A stretch of 63,907 nt of DNA, filler included, from Octopus bimaculoides (Eukaryota), in the NCBI RefSeq assembly GCF_001194135.2. It is 4 parts of 4 records of this genome, joined end to end, with 100 filler letters (N's around TTAATTAATTAA, not from the genome) between each part and the next. Parts side by side here need not be neighbours in the genome. Positions count along the whole stretch, not along the records: positions 1 to 20,334 come from NC_068989.1; 3 more parts are not named here. The stretch is one strand, 5' to 3'. The notes beneath the pieces are model-generated. The model saw nothing but the letters and a program-made list of their open reading frames with translations, was not told where the DNA came from and ran no database searches. This document shows positions 1 through 12,999 of this stretch, in pieces (position 1 is the first letter of the stretch; each line of letters begins with the position of its first letter). A program made the position numbers and the translations under genes.

Positions 1-106
1 ATAAACATATATGCATACATGCATCCATACATTTACACACGCACACACATATATAGTAGAATGATGAAATAAGTTCTTGGCACGCTATAATATATTTGAA
101 AAAAAA

Positions 107-1088
107 GGATAATTTTTATTTAATCATAATGTTTACAGTTTCTCTAATGAGATTCGAGCTTTTCGATAGCAGTTTTCAAACTGAATCTCTGTGGTTTAGA
201 ATGTAATTTATATACCAAGAGATTGTTTCTTACAAGTATACAAAGAAAAAATAAAAATAGAAATAAAAGGTATAACACGATAAAAAACATAAATGTTATA
301 AAAACTACTCTAGAAAATAATATAAACATTTATAAAATAATGCAAAAATAAATACAACGGCCTGTGTGAGAAAAGAAGAAAGAAATGAAAAAAGGTAAAA
401 AAGGAAACAAGAAAAAACAAAAAGAACAGTGTGTAAGGTAAGAAGACAACATGTAGTTGAAAATGATAGTGAGATGAGATTAGTCCATCAGAAATAAAAA
501 ATGGAATATTTTTAGGAGTGATAAAAAAATATTGTTGTGTTCTTGTCAAAAGATGACCTTTGTGAATCTTTTGATTTGAGGTCATTTTATTCATTCTTCA
601 CGGTTGGTATGGTGTGCTCTCTTATTTAGTCAGACACACAAATACATACATGCATCCTCATACACATACATGCACATACGTCCACGCATCTACACGCGCA
701 TGCATATATACATCCACTCACACGAAATCCCCCAACACACACGCCCTCCAATTCCACACGTTCATCGAGTTACACATATATACACAAATACATTCTCACA
801 TTCACCCACGCACACACACATGCTTTTTTCACACATGTTCTAGATAATTTTTCTATTGTATAATTTGTTAATGTTATTTTTTTATATTAGTGATTATACT
901 ATTTATTTTTTTATTTTCATCTATCTTTTATTTTCTATTTTAATTCTTTATTTGTATACTTGTAAGAAAAATTCTTTTGCTATATAAACAACCTTCTAAA
1001 TCATAGAATCTCAGTTTGAAAACGACTATCGAAAAGCTCAAAACTCATTAGTATAATTGTAAACATTATTATTAAAATAATAATTATC
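107..1088. repeat. Inverted repeat pair (arms ~107-330 and ~845-1088)
   Basis: Reverse complement of the left arm (tgtatacttgtaagaaacaatctcttggtatata...cagtttgaaaactgctatcgaaaagctcgaatctcattag) aligns by eye to the right arm (tgtatacttgtaagaaaaattcttttgctatata...cagtttgaaaacgactatcgaaaagctcaaaactcattag). Confidence 0.75.
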
Positions 1089-2195
1089 CCCCTACAAGTC
1101 ACCTCTACTCCTATCCAGAAGTAATGCAGTACGATCGTTTCATGCAACTCTATTTAATTNNNNNNNNNNNNNNNNNNNNNNNNNNNNNNNNNNNNNNNNN
1201 NNNNNNNNNNNNNNNNNNNNNNNNNNNNNNNNNNNNNNNNNNNNNNNNNNNNNNNNNNNNNNNNNNNNNNNNNNNNNNNNNNNNNNNNNNNNNNNNNNNN
1301 NNNNNNNNNNNNNNNNNNNNNNNNNNNNNNNNNNNNNNNNNNNNNNNNNNNNNNNNNNNNNNNNNNNNNNNNNNNNNNNNNNNNNNNNNNNNNNNNNNNN
1401 NNNNNNNNNNNNNNNNNNNNNNNNNNNNNNNNNNNNNNNNNNNNNNNNNNNNNNNNNNNNNNNNNNNNNNNNNNNNNNNNNNNNNNNNNNNNNNNNNNNN
1501 NNNNNNNNNNNNNNNNNNNNNNNNNNNNNNNNNNNNNNNNNNNNNNNNNNNNNNNNNNNNNGATCGATATATCAATGTAGATTTCTATATATGTAAGTTT
1601 GAGAACAAAGTGTTGGCTGAGTATAGAGCGGTGATAAGAGTGAGGGAGATGACAAAGAAATAATTGATTATCTTATGAACATCTTTCGCTTACAGCTTTA
1701 AGTTGTAGTGAACTCATAGTTGAGTGCCTGAATAACACCTTATAGCTTCGTCGAATATGAAATACAATTGATTTGGTAAAAAATATATTTCTGTCAATAT
1801 AAGGAACGACGTTTGTGTGTGTTTGTGTGTATATATGCTTATACACACATACTCTCACAAATACATACACACTCACTTACACACACACAGGCACACACAC
1901 GCACACACACACACATACACACACACACACATACAGACACATGCACACACGCACACAACCACACTCTCTTATATTCCCATTAGTAACAACTCTAGGATGG
2001 TTGATGACACAGATATATTCATACAGGAGGTTGGAACAGGCGGGTTTTGAATGCAACTATGCAGAGATTCGTCATATAAACGACGAGGCATACTTTGCGA
2101 TTCGGAAAATAGCACCATCAACAACCACAAATCACCTCATGAGCACAACTGCTTCTGCTAAAAATTCTACTGCTACTACAATAATCATAATCCTT

Positions 2196-2345
2196 TCTAA
2201 TATAGGCACAAGGCCTGAAATTTGGGGGAGGTGACTAGTCCATTAGATCGACCCCAATATTTCACTGCTACCTAATTTACTAGTCCCGAAAGAATGAAAG
2301 GCAAAGTCAACCTCGGCGGAATTTGAACTCAGAACGTACAGACGA
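2196..2345 (-). mobile_element. tRNA-derived SINE, family A (Meta/MESC-like central domain), partial
   Basis: Contains gaatttgaactcagaac (reverse B-box) and aaggcaaagtcaacctcggcgg, shared with the copies at 33.6-34.5 kb. Confidence 0.8.
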
Positions 2346-3420
2346 AAGAAATCTCACTACACACACACGCACGCGCACATGTACACACACATATATTTAT
2401 ATATATATGGATCTCTACAACAAATTCAGGTGTCCTTTTGTTATCAGAACGATCAGTGTGAGCTTTCCGAGCTGCCGTACTTTCGTAATCACCATTAGAC
2501 TCATCCAACTCTTTCTGAATCCTCAGCACTGGGCTCAGATTGACACCCAAACAGAACAGTCTAAAATGTTCATATTTGAGATTCCGATGTGAATACCAAG
2601 CAGTACAGAAAATCCTCTCCAATTTTTTGTTTTTCTCACAGACGGTACCCAACGGGTTCTACTATACTGGGTATTCAACAAAATCCAGAACAAACTATGC
2701 GCATGTGCGAAGTTAAAGATATAAAATGGCGATAATTTACCCATCGCACTCTGTATATTTNNNNNNNNNNNNNNNNNNNNNNNNNNNNNNNNNNNNNNNN
2801 NNNNNNNNNNNNNNNNNNNNNNNNNNNNNNNNNNNNNNNNNNNNNNNNNNNNNNNNNNNNNNNNNNNNNNNNNNNNNNNNNNNNNNNNNNNNNNNNNNNN
2901 NNNNNNNNNNNNNNNNNNNNNNNNNNNNNNNNNNNNNNNNNNNNNNNNNNNNNNNNNNNNNNNNNNNNNNNNNNNNNNNNNNNNNNNNNNNNNNNNNNNN
3001 NNNNNNNNNNNNNNNNNNNNNNNNNNNNNNNNNNNNNNNNNNNNNNNNNNNNNNNNNNNNNNNNNNNNNNNNNNNNNNNNNNNNNNNNNNNNNNNNNNNN
3101 NNNNNNNNNNNNNNNNNNNNNNNNNNNNNNNNNNNNNNNNNNNNNNNNNNNNNNNNNNNNNNNNNNNNNNNNNNNNNNNNNNNNNNNNNNNNNNNNNNNN
3201 NNNNNNNNNNNNNNNNNNNNNNNNNNNNNNNNNNNNNNNNNNNNNNNNNNNNNNNNNNNNNNNNNNNNNNNNNNNNNNNNNNNNNNNNNNNNNNNNNNNN
3301 NNNNNNNNNNNNNNNNNNNNNNNNNNNNNNNNNNNNNNNNNNNNNNNNNNNNNNNNNNNNNNNNNNNNNNNNNNNNNNNNNTATATATATTTACATATAC
3401 AAATATTCACACACACAAAT

Positions 3421-3465
<45 letters not shown>

Positions 3466-4139
3466 CATATATACGACGCCATTAATACGTTAGAAAGAAA
3501 TTTCGTCTTAAGCATTTATAAATTTTATAACGACTATTTATCATAATATATTATATCGTTTTGCTCAGTAGCAAGATGTGATGTTCTTCTCGAGTGTATT
3601 TTAAATGCAGGAATGATTTTTACACATCAAAAGATATTTCATATATTTATGGGTGCACAGATCTGTCAATGATAGTCGAGTATAATTATATATGTATAAC
3701 TGAAGTTTCGATATATTCTTTTACTTCTCTATTTCCTCATCTTTTCTGATTTCCACACACACACACACACAAACACACAGATAAGTAGACATACATTTAT
3801 ATATAAACATATGAGAATTTATGCACAGACACAAAGTCCCACTCTATCAGGCACACGCACACACAGACACACATACGCACAGAGACACACAGACACAGAC
3901 ACACAGAGAGAACATAAATAATATACGAAGAAATTGCAGATACATATTGTTCACTCAGCCTGAAAACACGAAGTCCGACACACTCAACCATGTTTGTGTG
4001 ACCAAATAGGCACGTGTGTGAGCGTGTGTATGAGGACATTTGCATGTCTATTTACCTCTCTATATCTCTTTGTATACAAATACGCCTCCATGCACATTCA
4101 TATACACACACACATACATACATACATATATATATATAT

Positions 4140-4172
<33 letters not shown>

Positions 4173-5101
4173 NNNNNNNNNNNNNNNNNNNNNNNNNNNN
4201 NNNNNNNNNNNNNNNNNNNNNNNNNNNNNNNNNNNNNNNNNNNNNNNNNNNNNNNNNNNNNNNNNNNNNNNNNNNNNNNNNNNNNNNNNNNNNNNNNNNN
4301 NNNNNNNNNNNNNNNNNNNNNNNNNNNNNNNNNNNNNNNNNNNNNNNNNNNNNNNNNNNNNNNNNNNNNNNNNNNNNNNNNNNNNNNNNNNNNNNNNNNN
4401 NNNNNNNNNNNNNNNNNNNNNNNNNNNNNNNNNNNNNNNNNNNNNNNNNNNNNNNNNNNNNNNNNNNNNNNNNNNNNNNNNNNNNNNNNNNNNNNNNNNN
4501 NNNNNNNNNNNNNNNNNNNNNNNNNNNNNNNNNNNNNNNNNNNNNNNNNNNNNNNNNNNNNNNNNNNNNNNNNNNNNNNNNNNNNNNNNNNNNNNNNNNN
4601 NNNNNNNNNNNNNNNNNNNNNNNNNNNNNNNNNNNNNNNNNNNNNNNNNNNNNNNNNNNNNNNNNNNNNNNNNNNNNNNNNNNNNNNNNNNNNNNNNNNN
4701 NNNNNNNNNNNNNNNNNNNNNNNNNNNNNNNNNNNNNNNNNNNNNNNNNNNNNNNNNNNNNNNNNNNNNNNNNNNNNNNNNNNNNNNNNNNNNNNNNNNN
4801 NNNNNNNNNNNNNNNNNNNNNNNNNNNNNNNNNNNNNNNNNNNNNNNNNNNNNNNNNNNNNNNNNNNNNNNNNNNNNNNNNNNNNNNNNNNNNNNNNNNN
4901 NNNNNNNNNNNTATATCTTTAAACGCTATTCATTAAAAAAAAAATAATAATTAAGCTACATAATAATTAAGATAGCTTAAATTATATAGCCATGCATTCT
5001 TTAATTCATTTTTTGTCTAAGAAAAATCATTAAATTCCAGGTATTTGTATTATGTTCAGCACCGATACAATCTCGATAATGTAGATAAACACATTGTGGT
5101 T

Positions 5102-5455
5102 AGGCAGAGGCGTGGCTGTGTGATACAAAGCTTGCTTCCTAGCCACATACTCTCAGGTTCAGTCCCACTGCAGGGCAACTTGGGAAAGTGTCCACTACTA
5201 TAGCAACAGGACTACCCCAAGTACTTGTGAGTGGATTTTGTCGACGAAACAGTATGGCGTTTGTCTGTGTGTGTCTTCGTATCTGTGTTTGCTCTCCCAC
5301 CACCGTAAGTCAACCGCTGTTGGCGTGTTTACGTCCACGTAACATAGCGTTTCAGCAAAAAAGAAAAAAAAACAGTGATAGAATAAGTACCAAACTTTAC
5401 GAAAAATAAGAACTTGGGTTGCTTCATTCGACTAAATTTTCTTCATGGCGTGTGA
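5102..5455 (+). mobile_element. tRNA-derived SINE, family B (CORE-like), degenerate full length
   Basis: A-box-like tggctgtgtg, B-box-like ggttcagtcc, CORE-like acttgggaaagtgtc, and tail gatagaataagtac shared with many other copies in the window. Confidence 0.75.
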
Positions 5456-5499
5456 AATGCTTTCAGGTATTGGCTTGGTCAACCAGGGCTGATACATGA

Positions 5500-5935
5500 C
5501 AAAATTATAGCAATTGAAGCAGTACCAACCGCAACGACAGCAACAACAAAACCAATGTCACAATTGCAATGAAGAAAAGTACCAGTAAAAACCAAAATGG
5601 TAGTAATAGCAAGAACAATAATAATGACTGACAGCAGTGGAACATTAACTGCAGCAAGGGCAACAACAAAGACGGTTACAGCAACACTAGCAACAGTAAC
5701 AACAATATCTACAGCAGAAATAATAAGCAATGAAAAAGGTGTAACGAAACAACTGTACTATTAAAATGAATGAAAATGTAGCAGCAACCTCAGCAGCTCC
5801 GGCAGCTGTTGCAACAACAACAACAACAACAACAACAGCAGCAGCAGGAACAACGACAACAACAACAACGACGACAACAGAAGAAGAAGAAGAAGAAGAA
5901 GAACAACAACAACAACTACTACTACTACAACATGA
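5500..5935. repeat. Compound trinucleotide microsatellite (CAG/CAA/GAA/CTA)
   Basis: Directly visible adjacent triplet runs; the poly-T/E/Q ORF at 5766-6092 is its translation. Confidence 0.9.
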
Positions 5936-6877
5936 TTATTCGGCTGCTAAAATGGCAGCAACAAAAATATTAACAAATGTCACCCAGTTCTTTTGTTTGG
6001 TACCTGAAATTACTTTACGAAGTTTTAAACCCCTTCAGTACAAATTTCCACATAAAAGAGCGGACGTTTGTTATTATATAATCCTTCGATAACCCAGAGC
6101 AAAGCAAGAAAAAAAGAAAAAAAAAACACAACACTTGTTGAGCTGCTTTACAGCGACTTTTCGCAGGTCTTGTGATAAGTCTATCAATTCAATTTTGATG
6201 TTATACAGGCGTCGGAAAGCTGTGTATCCGTCCAGAATTTGAATATTTTGCGGTGGAGTGTTTGATAGAAGCAACAGCATATTTTACGTAGCACAATCCC
6301 CTGCAACACATCCCCAATGCTGCCACCAACATCACCGCCACCAACAACACTATTACCTTCGGTAATATATCAACAGATGCAAACGCAGAAACAGCAAACG
6401 ATAAAATCAAAAAATATCAGACAAAACGTCATGAATTCCAAGACATTATACAAGCAATTGCGTTATTCCTCAGTTACAGTTGACAATGACCTGACAGTCA
6501 TGTTGACAGAATGTGAAATATCAGGAAGGTTTCTAATTAATTGATATCAAAAATTTCCACTGTGTTTGATAACTCTGCCAAAAAGTCAACAGTAAATTTC
6601 TTATTTGTTCTATCTAATAATAATAATGTTTTGTCACTCATGGCTATAAAAAAGTAAACGAACCTGTGTAAATGTATAATCGAACACACTTTACGCACGC
6701 ATTCAGATGTCATACACATACATACATGCATGAATGCATTGCATACATACATTCGTTCGAACATACATGACTGGCTTCTGCATACATGTATATATGTGTG
6801 TCTGTTTACTTGTGTGTGTGTTTGTGAGTGTGCTTTACACGATGTTGTATCATGCTTAGTGACTGTGTCTAATTCTG

Positions 6878-6919
<42 letters not shown>

Positions 6920-6929
6920 NNNNNNNNNN

Positions 6930-6975
<46 letters not shown>

Positions 6976-7043
6976 GTTATATCAAGGGCTATTACTATAA
7001 GTAACGCCTCACGCTGGAATGAGACTCTGAAGTCATACAGACA

Positions 7044-7835
7044 CCGAAATCGTGGGAATGAACATAGAAGAATTTCCTTTAAAAAAATGGTTTAGTTGTA
7101 TATCATTAATGATTTCATGGTCAAGTGGAGAATATGCTCTCCAATCATCGGTATAATATAACCAGAAAATATAAATATAAACATCTAGACATACCAAGCT
7201 AATAACAAGACATTCAGCAGAGCATATGCAAACTTTCACACATATATATCCATGAAAAGGGACTTCTCATGTTCGTCTCGGCCGCGTGTGTATAATCAGA
7301 ACAATTCAGCACTAAATATATTCCGGTTTAACTTTTAAATAAAATAGAAGGATAAAATCTATATAAAATTTATCAAGTGGCCAGCGTGGAAAACCAATTG
7401 AGGAAAAAACTGCTACAAAGCATATCATTTTTTACCTGAAATATAAAATAATTTTTTTTCCGCAATTGGTTTCCAAGCTGGCTACTTGATGAATCTTATA
7501 TAGATTTTATCCTTATAATTTATTTAAAAGTTAAATAGTTAAAAAGTTAAACTGGAATATATCCAGTGCTGAATTGTTCCGATTATGAACGTGCGGCTGA
7601 GACTAACATAACAAGCCCCCTTTCATGGATATATAAGTATGAACATTTGTATATGCTTTGCTGAATGCGTTGTTGTTCGCTTGGTATGTGGAGATGTTTA
7701 TATTTATATTTTCTGGTTATATTTTACCGGTGATTGGAGAGCACATTATACATGCTGACCATGAAATCTGTAATGATATACGACTAAAGCCATTTCTTCT
7801 TAAAGGAACTTCTATGTTCATTCCGACGATTTCGG
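7044..7835. mobile_element. Foldback/MITE-like element, ~365-385 bp inverted arms with ~42 bp spacer
   Basis: Left end ccgaaatcgtgggaatgaacatagaag versus right end cttctatgttcattccgacgatttcgg; inner ends caagtggccagcgtggaaaaccaattg versus caattggtttccaagctggctacttg; the arms align along their length. Confidence 0.85.
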
Positions 7836-7994
7836 GGCCTATATATATGTATTGAAGTAGTTTGAATTTAGAATCACATTACAATGTGAGGCGTTATTTA
7901 TAGCAATAGTCCTTGATATAGTAATGTATTTTATACTTAAGGAAAAAAGTTATATGCTTTGTATTAATTCTTTCCTTAATTTCTTTTCCACGCT

Positions 7995-8370
7995 GGCTAC
8001 TTGAAACTCTGATAAGAAACTGTAACCGCTTAAATTGAAATGGGACATTAGATGATATAACTGGTGTGCGAGGAATAAAGACGGTCTCACCTTTACAACA
8101 ACCAGTGAGAAAATTTGTCTCAATGCAGTTCCTCATAAGTTTGTGCACAATTAGTCTTGTACCACTGCATAATTTTGATTGTCACAAATTATACAATAGC
8201 ATAATAGAAATGCCTTTTTTCAGCTAAAGACAACATGGAGGTTTACCTGGTAGTTCTAATGAGTTCAAAATTTTGATAGGGTAGTTACCACTATCCTGAT
8301 CATCAACAACACTGTCAATTGAGTTATAAGTGAATAATTCTCCCGGTAGAGTTTCCTTTTTTGTACTCAT
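7995..8370 (-). mobile_element. Helitron PIF1-like helicase fragment (pseudogenised)
   Basis: Minus-strand translation [88 protein letters not shown] matches the Helitron helicase pattern YPxEFLNSL..PPHxLxLKxGxPIMLLRN..LCNGTRL..FIPRI..FKRxQFP; in-frame stops. Confidence 0.85.
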
Positions 8371-8879
8371 AAACCATTATGTGCCTTAAATGCTCTTAGG
8401 ATACTTCTATGTTAGAAAGGGTTTTAATCAAAAAAATTTTAATTCTATTATTCGGTAAAATAAAATTTAATTAGTTTAAATGTACACAAATGCAAAAAAA
8501 AAATAATAATTTTAATTCCATTAGACATTCTAAAATACTATTCAATTTTAAAAAAAGGTCAAATCGGTATGAACTAATGGGATGACATTTAGCACATATA
8601 GGGATGTCCATATGTAGATGAGTCATATATTTTTACATACAAGTAACCTGATCTGTAAGAAAAATAGCAGCGAAATTCGTCTGAGGCCGAAGAATTAAAT
8701 GCTATAAACAATGATATATATATTGTTGGTTCCGATGAGTAAATATGAAAATGATGGAATGGCCTGCTTGGAATGCTATGGATCATGAGCTTGTTCGAGC
8801 AGATTTAATCTGGAGCAATGCTGCAACTCTATTATCATCACCATTGTCGGTTTTATCTCGTATACGAGAATTTAGTTGA

Positions 8880-9200
8880 TTCCTTGATGCACGCTTCCTC
8901 TATACTGATGGCGTTGGTGACGAATTTTTGCGTGGAAGAGTCGATGGCATTGACGGTAATGTAATGCTGATGGAGGATGAGGTTAATGTCTTCCGTTTCT
9001 CTTCTGGTGTCTTCGAAGCTATTGGTTCCGATGGTGATGGAACATCGCTAAATGGTACGGTCTCGGGCTTGTGGTTCAAACGATTTAGGCTCCAGTCCAG
9101 TGGCCTTCAGTGTTGTTTTGAATTGGTCCTTGTATCTTGAAGAGGGTCATCCCGTGGTTTTTTCCCTGAAGTGAACTCTCTGAATAGGAATTGGTGTTTG
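8880..9200 (-). mobile_element. RTE-clade LINE 3' coding remnant
   Basis: Translation with frameshift GKKPRDDPL/RYKDQFKTTLKATGLEPKSFEPQARDRTI*R..GTNSFE resembles the RTE C-terminal GxRxxGRPxxRYKDxLKxxLK...AxDRxxW motif. Confidence 0.6.
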
Positions 9201-9499
9201 AACCTTGACACTTGTTATATGTTCTGTCCACCGAAAATACTTTATTCTGATCATTGATTCAATGCTTTGATTATTGGTAACCTCAGCAACAGCAACAATA
9301 TCAGCAAGGGTTATTTCATCGTGAAAATGTGTAATAACATTAGATCATTTATATTTCCTCAGTACATCCTCATGAAATCCTATGTGTCATATTGATCCGT
9401 GTAATCATAGTTCTGCGTTCATTTTTGCAACTACTCATAACCCTTATTCATTGATTACCAATTTCTTAGCCATAGATTATTACATATTGCTTTCAAGTG

Positions 9500-9682
9500 T
9501 TGGCAGAAAGCCTGTTATTTCAGGAAAGGGATATGTCGATTAGATCAAATACAGTCCTAAACTTGCACTTACTTTATCAACGCCGGAAAGACCATTGGAA
9601 TTTGAACTCAGAACGTAAAGTCGGACAAACTGCCGCAAAGCATTGTGACAAGAATGCCACAGACTCTGCCAGCTCTTTGCCT
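9500..9682 (-). mobile_element. SINE family A copy
   Basis: ggaatttgaactcagaacgtaaag...aagcatt...ctctgccagctc is the reverse complement of the family A tRNA head. Confidence 0.75.
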
Positions 9683-10598
9683 TAGATTTTATTACAAACT
9701 AACGAAAATCAAGAACAATCTTGATATTAGGGCTATTTTTATAATGTTATATTGTTCATGTATTTTTTCTGTGGAAAAGCGCCATGTGTTTTTCAACGTG
9801 ACTCGTTTGTCATGAAAAGTCTTTTTTTGCAATTTCTGTTTTGCACTTTCTAAACTTAGAAGATTCCGTTTCAAAAGTTATTATGTTTAATTAGTTGTTA
9901 ATACAGCACTCTTGGAAACGCATATAAATTATTCGGAATTAATTTCTTACTGACGATTAAAAATATCAATAAATAGATTGCTGAAATGTCAATTGCTTAA
10001 TTAAATGCTATAAGATCCCCCCCCCCCCCAAAAAAAAAAATTCTTATTCTAAAAGTCATCGCATATTATTAATGCAAGTAACTTAATATCACCTATATTC
10101 CGATTTCCCTTTAAGCTAAATGTTATTCGATAAATAGATCAACTGCAAGCAATAAATTAACAAAAATCATTAACAAATCAGATTTCTCATTCTGAATGAG
10201 ATTGGTATTCTTCTATATTCGCTTTGAATGAAAGAAAAGTAGGGGTAGCTTGCTTCAATTAGACTTAATTTTGCAACTTTAATAAAATTTCAATACTACA
10301 TTCCTATCCCTAACCAGTGGAATGTAAAATGTTACCAGTAATTTGAACGAACACTCAAGCAGAACATGAATCTCTCTAAAATATATTCTGTAAATTTGCA
10401 GTATGTTATATGCACACACGCACGCACACACAGACACAGACACACACACACACACACACACACACACAAGCACACGCGCACGCACGCACGCACGCACACA
10501 TACACAAATACATCATGATATGATATAATGTTTCACACAATTGTATGTGTATAAATATGTAAATAGGCCTGTGTGTGTGCCTCTCTGGTAACCTATGC

Positions 10599-10666
<68 letters not shown>

Positions 10667-10852
10667 TCTACCTCAGTTCATCAAATTGAATATATTTATT
10701 GTTACTTTTCATAAAAAAAAGCCTGTATTTTTTTATATCCAATGTGCGTTTTCGCTTTTTTCCTCTTACTTTCCCCATATCTCTTCCACGTGTGGTTTCT
10801 ATTTTCTTTTTGAAACATATTTCTATAGTATTTCACTATATGTGAGATTGAA

Positions 10853-11450
10853 AATGCCACATATATCAAACTCTGCAGTTAAAATTCTCAATGAAGATAC
10901 TCTAAAGGAACTAAAAGAGATTAACTCGAATTTGAGACTACTAATTAACAAGATTGATGAACTTACACGATTTACACAAGAGGCAAAGAAAAAAGACGAG
11001 AAAGGGCAATCTCTGGAACTACTCAATCAACATTTGACCGAATTATGCACCACTCTTCAATCTTTATCTCACAATAATTGTATAAATGCAAATCCCTCTA
11101 CAGACTATACACACGATGGAAACCCTTCCACGGTTACACTATCAATTAAAAACCGTATTATCCATATCTGGAATGAGAAACTTAAAGCCAGAAAATTTTC
11201 TTTCTGGAATACGATTAAAAACAACTACAAGGCAGAAATTCATGAACGCTGTTTAAATTCAACTGCAATAATTTTACCTCGTAAATTTTAAAGTAAACTA
11301 ATACCTAACGAACAGGACCAACAAAGACAATTAAGGGAGAAACTAACATTGGAAAAAATCGAATTCTTTAAGCTTAGAGCGTTAAGCAATGAACAAAAAT
11401 TTAAAAACATGGATGAGGAAATATATACTGAATTAAGGAAACATTCAGAT
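10853..11450 (+). pseudogene. 5' part of a retroelement-like ORF (probably PLE N-terminal region), one in-frame TAA, 3'-truncated
   Basis: MPHISNSAVKILNEDTLKELKE...IWNEKLKARKFSFWNTIK...IILPRKF*SKLIPNEQDQQRQLREKLTLEKIEFFKLRA...; ~200 codons of non-repetitive, coiled-coil-like protein in otherwise low-complexity DNA. Family assignment is from recollection of similar ORFs. Confidence 0.5.
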
Positions 11451-12325
11451 GTTCAACGTTGTATCCATTCACCGTTAGACGGTGGTCAGAGGGACACACG
11501 CACCCACACACACATATATATATATGTGTGTGTGTGTCTATATGTATATATGCATATGCATGTATATTTGTGTGTGTGTGTATACAACCTTCAACAAAGT
11601 AACAATCATGTATACAACTTGAACAGACGCATATCATACATAAATATACGTTCAGATGTACATACACATGTACACACACACACAGACACGTCAACACACT
11701 TACCTAAATACTCATGTACATACATAAGTACATAGTACATACTTACATACATATATGCGTATTGCATGCACACATGCGTACACATGTACACATATGCATA
11801 CGCACATACATGTGCACATACATGTACACATACATACATGCATACATAAATACGTACATACATACATACATGCATACATACATGCATACATACATACACA
11901 CATGCATACGTATATATATGTCATGAACTAACTGTTACTTTCTCAGATGCAGCGCAGAATTTTGTCAGTGAACAAGTCGCGGTCTCAAAGCGACGAAAAT
12001 ATTTAGGCAAATTAAATTTAAATATTGAAGTGAATCTAAGGGTTTTTTTGTTTCTTAAATGGCTTATAAACACCTTCCACGCTGCAAATGTTTTCGTTCC
12101 AGCACACGATTTCAGATAAGGTCACTTGCTATGCAAGTACATCTCCGTAATATATATATATATANNNNNNNNNNNNNNNNNNNNNNNNNNNNNNNNNNNN
12201 NNNNNNNNNNNNNNNNNNNNNNNNNNNNNNNNNNNNNNNNNNNNNNNNNNNNNNNNNNNNNNNNNNNNNNNNNNNNNNNNNNNNNNNNNNNNNNNNNNNN
12301 NNNNNNNNNNNNNNNNNNNNNTATA

Positions 12326-12995
12326 TATACGTTGTCTGATCAATGAGTATCTGGACTGTTGATATAGTAAAGAATCTAGAGCACGCAGAGTAAAGCTGCT
12401 TGGCAACGATTAACTCTGAACTCTGTTCTGTATCCGCATTAATGTTTAGCATCTTCACTCACTTCCGCCATTTAACTCAGTGCTTCGAAGGAAGGTGTGT
12501 AGCGTGTAATCGATGCATTCATCATGATAGAGAAAGCTGAGCCGAAATTCTGCATCAATTTTGTCAAAAGCTTGGTGACATCTGCTCAGAAGCCTACGCA
12601 AAGTTTTCGAAAAGATTTCATCGTTCTTGACACAGTCAAGAACATCTTGTTCAATTGAAATCCGAGTGCCTTTATGGTCAGCTGAAAGCAGTTTTGACAC
12701 AAACTTGGCAGCCACGCGTCTCATGCGCAAATCTTTAAAGATAATGGACTGAACTGAATCGTAACTAATCTGCACATACTCTGATAACTCAGGGATGGTG
12801 ATTTGAGAACTTCCTCTCACAGCTGAACGCATATATACAATGTTTCTCTTAATTCTGCTGGTTGAGGGTCTCCCAGAACGGTCATCAATATCGACATTTT
12901 TTTCAGGCTCCGTGGAAACGTCTCAACAACTCGTATACTTGTGTGCAGCTCATACACTCCTTCCATACGCTTTCTACAACTTTGGGTTCTCTATC
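12326..12995. mobile_element. Mariner-like element remnant with internal inversion
   Basis: TIR-like tacgttgtctgatcaatgagtatctggactg at ~12327; plus-strand N-terminus (fs) FCINF/CQKLGDICSEAYAK at 12520-12605; minus strand 12995-12614 ECMSCTQVYE..DDRSGRPSTS..DLRMRRVAAKFVSKLL (WVPxxL-like motif). Confidence 0.85.
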
Positions 12996-12999
12996 AGTC

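Noticed and set aside
6090-6490. Protein-like frames LDGYTAFRRLYNIKIELIDLSQDLRK (minus) and ANAETANDKIKKYQTKRHEFQDIIQ (plus)
   Set aside because: Short, no recognisable family, and splice signals weak or inconsistent.
7120-7170. YTDDWRAY peptide resembling the Merlin/IS1595 SDxWxAY motif
   Set aside because: Lies in a TIR arm, is not conserved in the opposite arm, and has no surrounding DDE context.
11289-11291. In-frame stop as possible selenocysteine readthrough (known in some PLEs)
   Set aside because: The codon is TAA, not TGA.
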